DNA from: the human T2T-CHM13v2.0 reference genome, Homo sapiens
Assembly (NCBI RefSeq): GCF_009914755.1
Contig: NC_060929.1
Length of the DNA stretch: 64,000 nt
Strand: one strand, 5' to 3'
The position numbers were made by a program, and so were the translations under genes. Below are positions 41,095 to 62,722 of the stretch, in pieces. Each line of letters starts with the position of its first letter. The stretch's first letter is position 1. Below the pieces are notes generated by a model. It was not told the DNA's origin, ran no database searches, and worked only from the letters and a program-made list of their open reading frames with translations.

Positions 41095-41253
41095 TATTTT
41101 TTTAAGAGACAGGGTCTTGCTCTGTTTCCCAGGCTGTAGTGCAGTGGCACTACCATAGCTCACTATAACCTCAAAATCCTGGGCTCAAGAAATCCTCCCA
41201 CCTCAGCCTCCTGAGTAGCTAGGACTGCAGGAGTGTGTCACCATGCCTGCTCA
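41095..41253 (-). mobile_element. Alu right monomer (FRAM/AluJ)
   Basis: 'agagacagggtcttgctctg...cctcccacctcagcctcctgagtagctaggac'. Flanked by aattctat on both sides. Confidence 0.85.
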
Positions 41254-41509
41254 AGAGAACCAATTCTATGATGTTGACTAAGAACTTGGAAACTGCTTAC
41301 CTACTTACTTCAGTGGTTTGCCCACACCCACTTTTGTGGCTTTATGAATGTAGCATAACTTACCTCATGTTGTCTTTTTGGCCTAATCCTGAAAAATTAA
41401 TATTTAATAATCAAGTCATTACTAATTTCTTGATTGATATATATGCATGTTAGCAAGCTAATTAAATTAATTCTATTCATTGGGTAAAAAATTTTTATTA
41501 CAAAAATTC

Positions 41510-44000
<2,491 letters not shown>

Positions 44001-45990
44001 AACAATGTTTATTACTGTTTTATTTTTGCATTTGTTGCTAAAACTGAAAGATCCAAGTGAGAGAGTCTGATTGGCTGAGTCTGGTCAGTGACCATGCCTT
44101 CACGTCTGAAAGTAGGGAGAGGTGGTCTTGGGTTGCTCTTGGCTTCTTTAATTGCACTTTCACAAAGTTTCATACAATTGGGAAGTTTTCTAAAATGAGA
44201 AGAGTTTGGAGGTGCCAGTGGGAATAAAGATAAATGTCTACTAGAATATTGTAATCAGTATAGAGGATGAAGATCAGGAGTTGTGTCTTGATTCAATTAA
44301 CTTGTGGAGTGGAATCCCCAATTCCCTGTGGAAGTAATGTTAAGAAAAAGAGAAGCCTCCAAATTATGTCTTTGGAGGTTGTTCAATGATCACTCCCTCC
44401 ATATTCCTTTTTATTTTATTTTTTCTTTCTCTTCCTGCAGCCTTCATTCAGCACACTCTCCCTACTATCTATTTTCTCTATCTGCCCCCCTTGGAAAATT
44501 CCATCCCTTTCTATACTGGGAAGACATCATAGACCTAAGACTCTTCTTTTGTCTTGAAAATTCTTGTCCCTCAGACTCTGGATGCTGAGAGATTTCTTCT
44601 ACTCAGGCTTTGCTGGATATGAGTGTGGGAGGGAGAGACAAGGACATGTGCTCCACTACGCAGAGTGAAAGGAAGTTGAGGGGTATCCTAATTTCACCAG
44701 TGGCAGCCACAGCTCATTTCTTCCTGAGTTACCCAAGGGCAGAGTGTACCTCATTAGAGCAAATGTAATTTTTTTCCTAGTGACAAAAACATCATGTCTC
44801 AAATATAACCCCTTATTAATGTATAACCCCTTATTAACATTTCTTTGAACTTCTTCTTACAAAATAATCACCCTCGGCATTATTGGACTAAATAACATTG
44901 GTCTTCTCCTTGATCTTGCTTTTATCAAAGGGGCTCCTAAATTATGATTTTTCTGTTTTCCATTTTTTTTTAAAATCAAGAGTAGGAAGTCTTATTCTAC
45001 TCCATAAAACATCAGTGAACGCTATTAACTTAAAATGACTGGCAGATCTATATAATGGCCAAAGTTACAAAAGCATATTTTGTAGTAGCACAATCAGGAA
45101 TTTCTTCCTGGAAGCTGCCTTCCCAGAGGCCCCTGTTTAGATAAAATGGCCTTATCCTGTCCTGTTATAGCATCCCTCATATACACCTATTTTTATCACT
45201 TATCAAGTTACATTGAATTATTTGTTTATGTTTCTCCCCAACTAGGCTGAAAGCACATGTAAGTTAGGACTGCACCTTACATCCATGGAATTCCAAAATG
45301 TATTCAGTGAGATGTTACTCAGTATTATGTTTTGAAATGTGGTTTTGTAGATACACATGTTTGGGAATGATAATTAAACAGCTTTCTTTACTGCATGGTT
45401 TCTCAGAAATGTACATACATTTGTTTATCCAACAAATAATTATTGAGTACTCCCTATGCTAGCCACCATTAAGACACTGGAAAGTCAGGTGAAGGCAATG
45501 ATACACTCTGCTTTCATGGAGTTTACATTATAGCAGGAAAGAGACAAGAAATGAGTAGGTAAATATATGATGTGTTGGGTGGTGATAGTGCCATGAGGAG
45601 AAACAAAGCAGGATAAAGAAATAGAGTGAAAGTCCTGGATGGGGAAGTGGAAGGAGTGATTGCATAGGGTGGTGGTCAGGGAGGGCTTATTTGATAAGGC
45701 GACGTTTGTGTAGAAACCTCAAGGAAATGGGGAAGTGAGCCATGCAAATATCTGGAGAAGGGATGTTTAAGGAAAGAGAAAATATAAAAGCCCTGAGTAT
45801 GCGTGGTATGTTCCAGGAATAGCAAGAAAGCTGGTATAATTAGAGTGGATTAATCTTGGGGTGGGCTGTGGGGAGATAGGAAAGGAGATAAGAACAATGG
45901 TATACAGAAAGGAGGCAGGGTCTGAGAGCTGAAAAACAGATTACATACGACTTTGAAGGCTTTGATTAGAACTTTGGCTTTTGTGATGAC

Positions 45991-46393
45991 TGATAGAGCT
46001 TGGATATTTGTCCCTTCCCAAATCTCATGTTGCATTGTAATCCCCAGTGTTGGAGATGGAGCCTGGTGGGAGGTGTTTTGGTCATGGGGGTGGATCCCTC
46101 ATGGGTTGGTGCTATCCTCACCATAGTGAGTGAGTTCTCCTGAGAATCGATCCTGTAGAGTGTGTGGCACATCCTCTCCCTCTTGCTCCTGCTTTAGTCA
46201 TGTGATGTACCTACTCCTGCTTCACTTTCTGCCATGAGTAAAAGCTCCATGAGGCCTCCCCATAAGCCAAGCAGATGCCAGTGCCATGCTTCCTGTACAG
46301 CTTATAGAACTGTGAGCCAATTAAACCTCTTTTCTTTATAAATTACTCACTGTCAGATACTTCTTTATAGCAATGCAAGAATGGACTAGTACA
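45991..46393 (+). mobile_element. MST (MSTA-like) solo LTR
   Basis: 'tgatagagcttggatatttgtccc...gccaattaaacctcttttctttataaattac...gaatggactagtaca'. Confidence 0.88.
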
Positions 46394-46522
46394 CTGACTT
46401 AGGGACCCATTGGTGGGGCTTGGGCAGAGAAGTGACCTATTCAAGCTGTTATATTAAGGAGAGTAGGGGCAAAAGTAGAGAAGCCAGTTGGAGACTGGTG
46501 TAGTAATTTAAAAGAGAGATGG

Positions 46523-46884
46523 TGCTATGGTTTTGCTGTGTCCCCACCCAAATCTCACCTTCAGTTGTAGCTCCTGTATTTTCCACATGTTGTGGGAGGG
46601 ACGTGGTGGGAGATAACTGGATCATAGGGGAAGTTCCCCCATACTGTTCCCATGGTGGTGAATACGTCTCACCAGATCTGATGATTTTATAAGGGGTTTT
46701 GCCTCTTTCTTGGCTCTCATTTTTTCTTGTCTGCCACCATGTAAGATATCCCTTCCACCTTCCACCATGATTGTGAGGCCTCTCCAAGCCATGTGGCACA
46801 GTGAGTCCATTAAACCTCTTTTTCTTTATAAATTACCCAGTCTCGGATATGTCTTTATCTGCAGTGTGAAAACCAGCTAATACA
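46523..46884 (+). mobile_element. THE1 solo LTR
   Basis: 'tgctatggttttgctgtgtccccacccaaatctca...ctaataca'. 5-bp TSD GATGG at 46518-46522 and 46885-46889. Confidence 0.92.
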
Positions 46885-48769
46885 GATGGTGATAACTGAA
46901 CCAAAGTGATTGTGGTGGAGGTGTTAAAGAGGTGACACAATTTTATTTTTAAATTATAGCCCACAGGATTTCTTGAGGGATTGGATATTGTTGTAAGAAA
47001 AACGGGGAGTTAAGGATGACTCCAAGGACTTTAGCTAGAGCAACTGGAAGGATAATGTTGCCTGAGATTAACTGAGATGGGGAGAACCAGGAGAGGAGAG
47101 GAGTGTGGGAAAAAAGCCTGAGTCTTGATGTAGCTCCCAGGGAAGTAGGTTCAGCTAGAACTGAGCCCTGGGGCACTGTTGGTGTGTTTATACGCATTGC
47201 AAAAATCCAAGAGGGAATATAGTAGCTACATTTCTTAAGTGTATTTCATTACAGAACTTATGCTTGATCTTATGGACCTAGTGTTTCAAGGAGCACACTT
47301 TAGTAATAAACATAATTGAATGAAACGAAACCAGAAGGTGATATGAAGAGAACACAGCTGAGAAATAGGCCATTACAAATGAATTTAATCATTACCAATA
47401 CACAATATTCTATGGCTTACAAAAAGACCCCACATGGAGGGGATGAATTAGGAAGTTACTGTCCATCTTGTGAAATTTATAAAACGATGAATATTACAAA
47501 GTAATATGACTAATTTTTAACAAACATATGAAAACTTCTATATCCAAAAGAGTACTGCCTTTTTGAAGTTTTTCCTTGAGATGGCTAAATACTTATTGTA
47601 ATGATACTACAATTGGTCAAAATATGCTTGGAAATAATATCTGGACTACTTTTTATAGACATATTGCTTTGAGAATCCTTATATATGAAAAAATGTCCTT
47701 TTGGGTGGATTTTAGTTGCTAAAATTGCCAGAAGTCTTTCAGAGTCAAGCTAGATATAAGTGGATGAATAAATCGAGAAATATTTTACTGTTAAATGTGG
47801 CTTAAGTCTATGAAGACTGAGTTTCCTAGTGGCTTGAGAGTTATTCCAAAGAAGGATTTTTTAGAAAATGTTTAAACAATAGTAATATCCCTGGAACAAT
47901 TATTTCTTCCATAGTGTCTACCTATATTTAGATACATAAGCTTTGCTGTTATCATCTCTTTACATTCTAGTCACATGATCAAAGTCAAATGAATGATTCC
48001 AATTATCTTTAAAATGAGGGAAATTAGTAAAGAGGTGAAACTAGATTCCGCTATGCTGACTCCTACCACCCATCCTTTCTCTCTTTATTCTATAAGTGGT
48101 CTATAGTTTTGAATACAAAAATGCCATAGAATATTAGAACTATCTTGATAATTATAAGCTGGGTTTGAGCTAGTTCTGTCCTGCTAATCTAGATATTAAG
48201 ATGAAAGGGATAAAAATTTATGTGGTCTTACAGAGGGATGAGAGCAAAAAAAAGAATTTGCTTCTAAGATCTATTTTAGAGGAAGAAATTAATATACCAA
48301 ATGGATCTGGCCTTATGCCTGATGTTTACTGTTTTCCAATTGAGTGGAAACATGTCTGCGAATTTTTGGTGGTGAGCCAGCTGCTCTGTATTCATTCTGG
48401 CTGATTAAAATGCTCTCAGTAGAGATGCTGTTCAGAATTGATCATTCTGCTTTTGCCTGCTGGGAAACAGGAACTGCCAGGGCTTCTTAAGCTAAATGAA
48501 GAAATTATTTCACCTCAGTAAGGCTCTCTCAGATCCAAGGTTTCAAACTTTCTCAAGGTTGGAGAGCCTTTCTCCACTGTCTCCCATGCCAAGGAACTCC
48601 AATCCATGCTTCAAGGGGTTCTCTGGCCAAGCCAGAAGGTAATAAAAGAGATTCCAATTAAATGTAACTGTATCAATCTAGGGATTTACTTGAACATGTA
48701 GAGATGCCTCATGCAGAAGAAATTCGGGAAACAGAAAACCCTGTAAGTTCTGTCTTGCCTGTTCTTTCA

Positions 48770-49000
48770 ATCGAAGTGTAACTGGTTATGTTGGATCATT
48801 TTCACCGAGGACTGTGCAGTGACTTTTTAGTGAAATAGACACTCATTCTGGATATGGTTATGAATTTGCCTTTTCTGCTCACCACGCTTCTTCCAACAAC
48901 ACTATTTGTGGACTCAAAGAAAACCTTATTCAGCATTATGGTATCTCACATAACAGTTCTTTTCACTAAGAAACTTGTGATACAGCAAAGGGAGTAAGGA
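48770..49000 (+). mobile_element. ERVL-type integrase remnant
   Basis: 'atagacactcattctggatatggt...tttgccttt' reads IDT(H)SGYG..FAF, followed by YGISH, resembling the ERVL integrase core. Confidence 0.6.
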
Positions 49001-49305
49001 TATATAAAGGACTGATTGTTGTCTCTTCTGTTCCCTTCTCAAGCAGGGAAATCTTTTCAAGTGATTGGCAAGTAGTAAAAATAAAGAATGATAAGCAGGT
49101 AGCCCAAAGAACTTATGAGTCTTTATTATAATCCAAGGAGTTCAGTTAAGTACAGCAGTAAAAATGAAATAAAGATTAATATTCTAACTTATTTTTAATG
49201 AACTGAAACAGAAAAATGAAACAACCCTGATCAAAAAAATCATGACATTGCTGAATTGAAATAACTTAACTTATTCTGATTTCCAATGTATTCTTCTCCT
49301 GCATT

Positions 49306-49365
49306 TTCCTTCCGTCCTTCCTTCCTTCCTTCCTTCCTTCCTTCCTTCCTTCCTTCCTTCCTTCC
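49306..49365. repeat. (TTCC)n microsatellite
   Basis: Directly visible. Confidence 0.95.
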
Positions 49366-49489
49366 AACTTCCTTTCTTCTAACTCCCTTCCTTTCACTGG
49401 CTTCTCTTTCATCTTCCTTTAAATAGAGACATTTCTCAACATTCCATCTTCTGCCATTCTGAATTGATTAATCCTTTTCATTATTGTGG

Positions 49490-49903
49490 TCGTGTGGTTT
49501 GGATCTGTGTCCCCTCCAAATCTCAGGTTGAAATGTAACCCCCAATGTTGGAGGTGGGGCCTGGTGGGAGGTATTGGATAATATGGATCAGAGCCCTCAT
49601 GAATGGCTTAGTGCCATCCCCTTGGTGATGAGTGGGTTCTCACTCAGTTAGTTCACACACAATCTGGTTGTTTAAGAGTCTGAGACCTCCTCCTTCTCTC
49701 TCTTCCTCCTCCTCTTGCCATGTGATATACTGGCTTCATCTTCCACCATGGGTAAATGCTCCTGAGGACTCACCAGAAGTCAAGCAGATGGCAGTGCCTT
49801 GTTTCCTGTACAGCCTGCAGAGCCGTGAGCCAATTAAATCTTTTCTTTATAATTACCCAGCCTCAGGTATTTCTTTATAGCAATGGAAAAACCGGCTAAT
49901 ACA
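49490..49903 (+). mobile_element. MST (MSTA/B) solo LTR
   Basis: 'ggtttggatctgtgtcccc...ctaataca'. TSD TGTGG at 49485-49489 and 49904-49908. Confidence 0.88.
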
Positions 49904-50029
49904 TGTGGTTTCAAGCATCTATTATTATAATGCCTCACAAATTTCCACATATCTCCAAAGCTTACTTCTCCCTCCTAAGATCCAAACACAAATACTCAAG
50001 TGCTTCTAGATGTATCCCCTTGTATATCA

Positions 50030-50436
50030 CTATCTTAGACCATTTGTGTTGCTATAAAAGAATATCTGATGTGGGTAATTTATAAAGAAAAAAAGGTTTA
50101 TTTGGCTCATGATTCTGCTGACTGGAAGACTTAGCATCTGGCGAGGGCCTCAGGCTGCTTCTACTCATGGCAGAAGGTGAAAAGGAGCTGGCATGTACAG
50201 ACAGCATATGGTGAGAGAGAAAGCAAGAGTTGGGAGGGGCCAGGCTCTTTTTAACAATCAGCTCTTGTGGGAACTAATAGAATAATGACTAGCTCTTCTC
50301 CCTCCCAAGGAGAGGATTTATCTAGGCATGAGGAATCTGCTTCCATGACCAAATGCTTCCCATTAAGCCCCTACCCAACACTGAGTGTCACATTTCGACA
50401 TGAAGTTTGGGGGAATGAACATCCAAACTACAGGAA
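50030..50436 (-). mobile_element. MST-like (MSTC/B1) LTR
   Basis: 'tatcttagaccatttgtgttgctataaa...ggtttatttggctcatgattctg...aacatccaaactaca'. Confidence 0.8.
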
Positions 50437-50619
50437 TCCCAGAGGTACCTCAAACTTCATATATCAAAAATACCTATTTCATTTTTCATAAAACCTGTTT
50501 CTTTCATGGATTCATTTTCAGCCTCACCATACGTAGTAGATGTTTCAGGATCCCACAAATTTATAATAAAGTCCTTCAACTTTTTAACCTAATGTGCTTA
50601 AATCAACTTCAAACTTTGC

Positions 50620-55318
<4,699 letters not shown>

Positions 55319-55421
55319 TGTGATGATTAATTTTCTGTTCAACTTGACTGGGCCATGGGGTGCCCAGATATTTGGTTAAACATTATTTTCGGTTCTGTCT
55401 GTGAGGGTGTTTCTGGATGAA
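55319..55421 (+). mobile_element. MLT2 LTR 5' fragment
   Basis: 'tgtgatgattaattttctgttcaacttgactgggccatggggtgcccagatatttggttaaacattatt'. Confidence 0.8.
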
Positions 55422-57379
55422 ACCCTCATCACTAGTAATTTCTCATATGAAGTTCCCTAAATGTGGGGGAACCTATCTGTCTACAAACTAGCCACTCTCC
55501 CCTCCTCAACTTCTGGGTCCACTGGTATTTTTCCTGATTCCTTCTGTTGTAGCGACATTGCTTCTAACAATAACAGATTATCTTAAGGCAGCACCAATTG
55601 TACCACAGAAAACATTCTTGCATCCTTCGCCCTGACTTTGGGAATGTAGAGCATTTCCAACTTGGCCCTTTGGCTGCATCCTGAAGGCTGAACAGCTTCT
55701 AGTCACTACTTCTGGCTTTGGAAGTTTCTCAAATATAGATTTCTAATGGTCTCCTTGGCTCAGGACACACGTCATTTTCTCCGTTTCTTTTTGAGACTCT
55801 ATCATCATGCTTGAAATGAGGGAAGCCCTCTCCCTCTCTTGTAGTGGGAATGGGGGTGGGATGTGGAGGCGGATTCATAGCATACCAGCATTTATCTCCA
55901 AGGAAACCCTCTCCTTGACCTTTTCAACCTCAACCCTTTGATGGTCATGAAGTATTCATTGGGATAAGAGTTCTAGAACACTTTCTTTGTACATCTGCGT
56001 AGGTGGTCTAGTAGTTCACTTCAGCAAATGTGAGTGATTTATACCCATGCCCCCTCAAATATTTTAAGACCTCATGCTAAAACTGTGACAGAAAAAGTCC
56101 CTTATTAACATCATTTGACATCAGATTTTGTTCATTTATGCATATATTTTTCATTTTTTATTAAGCAAGTGTTCTTTGCACCATGGTAGCTGCTGATGAT
56201 GCAAGGATAAAAACGATAGGGTTTCTGACCTGTGACAGTCCAGAGTTGAACAACTTGTACCCTGAGAACAAGCATTTAAGGACCTCTTTTCTAATTTTCT
56301 GGAGTTTAGCGGGGCAGACTGTCCTAGGAGAAGATCTGCTCTCTTTGCATGCTGCCTGCATAAAACATCTTCTTTGGAGATTCTGTCGTTTATTCAGTGT
56401 TTCTTCTAAGAACATTTCAGTTAAGATCAGAATGGCCTCAAAGCTTATCCTGTTTAACATCTCATGTGGGTGTTAAGTAGTTAGAACTGATAATTCCTCT
56501 ATACTGAATGCTGCAGTTCTTGTCTCTCTTTAATCTTTGGAGTAGTGGACATGGCATTGATATTTATTGAAGGCTTCTCAAGTGAATTTAAAATGTAGCC
56601 AGGGTTGAGGTTTATCCCCAAAACACATGCACATGTGTGCACACATATATGCAAACACATCAGCAAGTTATACTTCTGCTCAAGGAATCTAATCTAGCTT
56701 CTATGATAATTGGGGGAAATATCAATTATTAAATCCACAGAGATGACATAAAGTACAATTCAGGCAACATCACTTCATTGTTATTTTGAGGGGTCCATTG
56801 CTCACATATTCATTCCACATTTATCTTCTGTCAGTCCAAAGGTAGAAATACCTGATTTTGCAAATGTTTCTCTTTCCTGTAGAGGTAAAAGGAAAGATAA
56901 GACCAGTCCTATTCACAAAGAAATGAGAAAGTATACTAAAAATCAATATTCTTTTAAAGACCTAGAGCACCATTATTGCTTCCTTAGACAAAATTTGTAG
57001 TAATGTTTCTACTTCACATTTTTATTGCAGAGTAAATTTGCTGAAAAGACTATAGTGAAAAATGATATTCAGCCTTAAGATATAAAACTTTCTTAAGAGT
57101 GGCATCATAGGATTACAGAATATTTTAGCTAGCATTCCTTTTCATAATTCTAATTTTTCCTGATGCTATTTTAATATGACCTTGAAGGTCAATGGAACTT
57201 TTAATGAAAAAATCCTAGAAACTCAGAGTGTTTTCTGTAATAACTATGGTTTTCTTTGTTATAACCCTATTAACTGATTTTTTTTGCAACTCTATTAATG
57301 TAATAACTGTGTTAACACAAGTGCCTGACACTGTCTGTTGCTCTGCTCTTTTATGGCTTTTTACAATCTGTTTCTAATA

Positions 57380-57821
57380 CAGTCATGCACCACATAATGA
57401 TGTTTCTATCAATGATGGATCACTTATACAGTGGTGGTCTCATAAGATTATAATGGAGCTGAAAAATTCCTATCACCTAGTGATGTCATAGCTGTTATAA
57501 GATTGTAGCACAATGCATTACTTTTTCTATGTTTAGATACACAAATAGTTGCCATTGTGCTGCAAATTGCCTACAGTATTCAATATACAGTAACCTAATG
57601 TACAGATTTGTGGCCAAAAAGCAATAGGCTATCCCATATAGCCTAGGTCTTTTACTTTGTATAGATCTAAAGGAATAAAAATCTAAGCTATAAAAATTAA
57701 AAACCAAGCTATAGCGTCTAGGTTTGTGTAAGTATATTCTATGATGTTCACACAGTGACAAAAATCACCTAACAAAGCATGTCTCAGAAAGTGTCCCTGT
57801 CATTAAAGGACACATGATTAT
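57380..57821. mobile_element. Tigger3/MER7-like DNA transposon
   Basis: 'tacagtcatgcaccacataatga', 'gctgaaaaattcctatcacctagtga', end 'cattaaaggacacatgatta'. Confidence 0.8.
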
Positions 57822-60319
57822 GTTTGTTGCTTTGTTATTGATTGTATTTATAAGTATCTCATATCTGCCTGCATTCATTTATTTATTAATTCCCCAAATA
57901 TCTACAGACTGTTTGTATTAGATATACAAAGGTGAATAGGATATAATACTTCCTTGTGCTCTAATACCACTTTGCACATACTTCTTTCATAGCCAAATTT
58001 AGTGGGCTGTTCAAGTGAATTTATCTGATTCCTAGGAACTCTGTGTTATGTCTCTTGGAAGGCCCACCCCTAGTATTTGTGAGCCAAAGCAAGAATCCAA
58101 ATGGAAGCCCATATGCCACGTATCTAAATATTTTAAAATTATACATTAAGTGATCAGATCTTTCAATAAAATATGCTCTTTCCTTCTACCTTGCCAATAT
58201 ATTTTCATAAAAACAAAATGATAAATACATGGTAAGCTATGGTTTCTGTATGACTGGAAGACAGCAGATATCAAAGATGACTGGATTTAATTATTTTTTT
58301 GCATATGTCTAGGTTTTCTGTCAATGGGCTGCTGCTGTTTGGATGAGTAATACAGACACATAATTCATAAATTATTGTCTATTTATTCCATTAAATTTAT
58401 TTTTCTTGCCTTTATTTTAGCAAAATCACTAATTATGTTGTTGTAGTCAATATTTTTAAGTAATTTGTATTATATTAAAAGGAATGATCTAAAGGAATAA
58501 AACAAAGGTAAATGCAAAGTATAATTAGAATGTTTTTACAACAATGTAATGTATTTCAGAAAAATAAAAATAAAATCATAATTATTTTGTTTTCAAAAAT
58601 GTTATTACATTATTCAAAATTATAAAATATGATTCATAAATATCAGAATTTTAAATACAATTATTTTTAAAACCTGAAATTCAATTTCTGTTTTAAAATT
58701 TTAATTACATACCATTTAATATTTTTAAAAACCATTTCAATTTTAGTGTTCAAGATTCTTCTCTCTGCAATGTAAAGAATTAATATTAATTTTCACACAT
58801 ATTACATTTAGATCAACATATATGCAAATGTGAAATAAATATAAATTATTTAATATTAAAAAATGCTTCTCAACTACCATATTAAACTGTTGCAAATATT
58901 GTGCTAATTGATGAGTGTCTCTGGAACAACATTGTCAAACACATAGAAATGTAAGAAAGGGACACTCAGCACTACTGGGATGCAAAAATATATAGTGTTC
59001 ATGCTATCTGAAAGAAAGGAATCCACAGCTTAATCTGTGCTGAGTGACATTCAGATCCTCCCTGTGCTCTGAACACCTGTTCCTCTCTGTCATTAGCAGT
59101 GACACAGCCCACAATCCTACTTGGCACTGGACACAGTCACCTCTTCTTTCAAGGACGTAAGGGCAAGAAACAGAAAATGCATTTCTCCAGGACCTGAAGG
59201 ACTTGGTCATGAGAGTGGGTATTTAGGGTTATAAATTATTCTGAGCCAATGCTAAGCATCAGAGCTTGAGTAACAGACACCCATGTGTTCTTCAGTAAAC
59301 TTGAATTTCCTTTATAGTGTTTGTGATATGCAGCTATCTCTACAGCACAGGACCCAGGGTAAGGACATGTGTTGTTCAGATGCAAGGGTGGTTGCATCTT
59401 TGTATACTTAGAGCCTATCAGAGTTCCTCGTACATGAAAAAAGAGTATTAGAATATTAGTACTCATTTGGTTGCAGTTCAAACTGACAAGTAAAATAAGG
59501 CAATGTATTGACTTAGAGAACTGGAAAAATCTGAGGGTACATATTCAAGCACAACCAGATTCAGAACTTCAAGTAACATTGTCAGGACACTGTCTCTGTA
59601 TGTTTGCTTTCTTCTGTACTGACTTCATTTTCATGAGGTGTCAGTGATAACCCACTGGTTTACATCATCCAGGTTTACATCTACTAGGTTAGTAACTCCA
59701 AGAGCAAAAAGTTTCAGAGCTAATGTTCCTTGGCTCTGATATCACTAGCATGGGGCACATCCTCCCCACTAGCATCATTCACCCTGGACATGGGATGTAT
59801 TGTTTTCATGAATGAGTTTTGAGCCATGTGGCCAAACCACCACTTAAAGCCAAGGCTTAGTGGTAGTCCCATCTAAACCACACAGACTGAGAATGGGAGG
59901 GGAATGGTTCCCACAGAATAATTGAATTACTATAGCCAGAAAAATGAGAAAAGATGCTAAAGAAGCAATATAAAAACTGTTTGCTCAAAAGTACACAACA
60001 AATGGTTGTGGAACAAATACATGTACAAGTTAATATCATCACCTGCTCAGGGAAATGGAAAACAACTAATGGCAACACACTGTGATGTGACTTACAATAA
60101 AAAAAAAATGTGTAAAATGCAGTGGAGACTTGAGGAAAGGCGTGGACACTCCTCCCAAAAAGGTGAGGCACGGAATGGGAAGGAAGGTGAGACTGACAGA
60201 GTCTAGAGAGTGAACGTCTTTCATATCATCCAAAACATCCTACTCGTTCCACTGATCACCTTTGAAAAATTGAAAACCTCTGAGTTTCATTGTACTGCAC
60301 TGCTAGGCTAGCCCCACCA

Positions 60320-61300
60320 TTTCTTTGTCCTGTATGCTTCTTTTATTTGGTTTTACCTCCATTTTGCTTGAGTACACTCACAACGAATTCCTTAGAAAGA
60401 GTGTATGGGAGGTTAATATTATAAGACTCTGCATATCTAAACATGTATTCTGGCCTCCCTTATGATTCTGGTTTGTCCTTGTATGTAAATCCGGGTTCAA
60501 ATGATCTTTTTACAATATTTTGGACAGAGGTTTTGTCTTTGTCTTCTAAAATCCGATATTATTCAAGACATGTCTCATTTGGGTCTGATTCTTCTTCTTT
60601 TTAAGTACTCTGGGTTCCTTTTTATTTTTCCTTTTGGAAGCTTTTATATATTTTTTACTTATACTTTAGGTTCCAACATTTTACCATGGTGTGCTTAGGT
60701 GTGAGTCTTTTCTAATTCATCTTACTCAGTACTTGATTGGTCCTTTCAAATATGAAAGATTCGAGTGTCTCTTCAGATTGGGGAAATGATTATGTATTTT
60801 CTTTGGTACTTTCCTCACCTCCATTTTCTCTGTTCTCTCTTCCTGGAATGCCTATAAGCCAAATGTCAGACTGTCTTAGAAAGTTACTCTATGTCTCTTA
60901 GTGTTTCTCTCATATTTTTCTTCTCTTTTTTTCTTTTTGTTCTACTTCATAAAATTGGTATGGCTTCATGTTCCGGTTCTTCTATTGAATTTTGTTTTAT
61001 TCTGGCCAACATATTTTTAGTTTTCAGGAAGGGTTTTTCTCTTATTCTTTTTCTTTTTCATAGCACATAGCTTTTCCTTTAGGGATATAACAGAATTCCA
61101 AATCTCTTTGAGGACATTACAAGGGGCTTGGATTGTTTAAGGTCCTTCTGTCTCTTGGAGTATTTCTGTTTCCCCCAAGGACCTGTCTGTTCATGTTTTC
61201 TTTCTTCTTGGTGTTGTTGGTTTCTGTCATGTGTGTTACAGTCCTTGTTTGTAGTTTATATTTAATAATTAGGAAGTGAGAGGACTGACTGGGAGCTCTG
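60320..61300 (-). mobile_element. Very old L1M fragment
   Basis: T-rich antisense L1-like sequence such as 'cctccattttctctgttctctcttcctggaa'. Confidence 0.55.
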
Positions 61301-62365
61301 TTCACACTGGTGAGGCTGTTCTACCAACAGGCTTGCCTTGAATTGAGAAAGAGGAACTACCCGCTCACCAGGAGTTTGTCACAACAAGAGGCTTTACTCT
61401 GGGTCACGATATTCATTTTAGCAGAGTAGTCCTTCTCAAGTATTTCTTTTACTTTATTTGAAATAAAGATATCAGTTATCTTGCCTGATATAGTGGGGGC
61501 TCAGCCAACTCCTTGCCACCTCTGTGTGCAGGGATAGGGGAGGAAAGCCGCTGGCATAGTTCTTTTGTTGTCAGACTCTCGGTAAGCTCCACTCCCTCCC
61601 TGGTTTTAGCCTCCTTCTCAGTCTCTTAGACTCTTAGTCTTTTTATCTGTTGGATCCAAGACTGGAGGATCTCTGGGCATCCCCCTCCATCAACGCTTCC
61701 ACAAAATATTCTGGGCTAAGGGTTTCTTTACCAGATTCTACCAATCAACACCCTTCCTCCACTTTCTGTCTTTCAAAAATTTGTCAAAATCTCTAATCTA
61801 ATCAAGTCTGTCTTCTCATTCTCTGTATTACTATGAGTTTATTCCTTCTTTATTCTTTTACTACCATATTAATGGAGTCTTGGGGTACGGAAGGATATTA
61901 AGAAACACATATATGCTGTTGTCATTATGAAGGTTCTGTTACTTTTGCAACAATTACAGCAATTTTTTAAACTAGTTGAGAGAAAAAGATAACTGGAAGA
62001 GAATTTAAAAATGTTTAGCATCCCAATACAAACCACAACTACAATAGTATATTTACTGGTAGAGCCCAATATGATACATAAATAAAAACTCTCCTTTTTT
62101 ATATTTAAGATGATAGTATTAGGGCATGTACATGGGGTTGTCTTTATGTAAAGATCATGAACTTGCAGACACTTTCACTTGCTCCTGCTTATGACCAGGA
62201 GCACATTCATTGTCAGAACTGCAGTTAAGGGGAAGGGGCACCATTTGTGACCATAAGAGATTGGGGCTTACAACCAACCTGAGATCAAACCAATCACTCT
62301 GGCCTTCAAGCCACTAGGATCTCACAAAGTGAACTCATTAACAATAGTTCTTGGTTCAGAACTGC

Positions 62366-62722
62366 TGTGGGTTAAATGTTTGTGTCTCCCATGAATTTAA
62401 ATGTTGAAATCTTAACTGTCAAGGTGATGGTTTTGGAAGGTGGGGCCTCTTGGAGGTGATTAGGTCATTAGGGCGAGTCATTGTGAATAAGATTAGTGCT
62501 CTAATAAAAGAAGCTTAAGGGAACTTATTTGCCTATTCTGCCATGTGACACACAGTGAAAAGACACTCTCTCTTAACCAGAGAACAGGTGCTCACCAGAC
62601 ACCAAATCTGCCAGTGTTTTGATCTTGTATTTCTCAGCCTCCAGAACTGTGAGAAATAAATTTCTATGGTTTATAAGCCACCCCATTTATGGTAGTCTGT
62701 TACAGTAGCTTAGACAGACAAA
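62366..62722 (+). mobile_element. MLT1A LTR
   Basis: 'ggtggggcctcttggaggtgattaggtca', 'cagcctccagaactgtgagaaataaatttct'. Confidence 0.88.

Larger units (their letters stand above)
45415..47180. mobile_element. L2 3' region hosting two LTR insertions
   Basis: L2 motifs 'ccaacaaataattattgagtac', 'gtgagccatgcaaatatctgg', 'aggatgactccaagg'. Confidence 0.75.

Noticed and set aside
44803-44837. 18-bp tandem duplication (tataaccccttattaa)
   Set aside because: Real but a commonplace two-copy slippage product.
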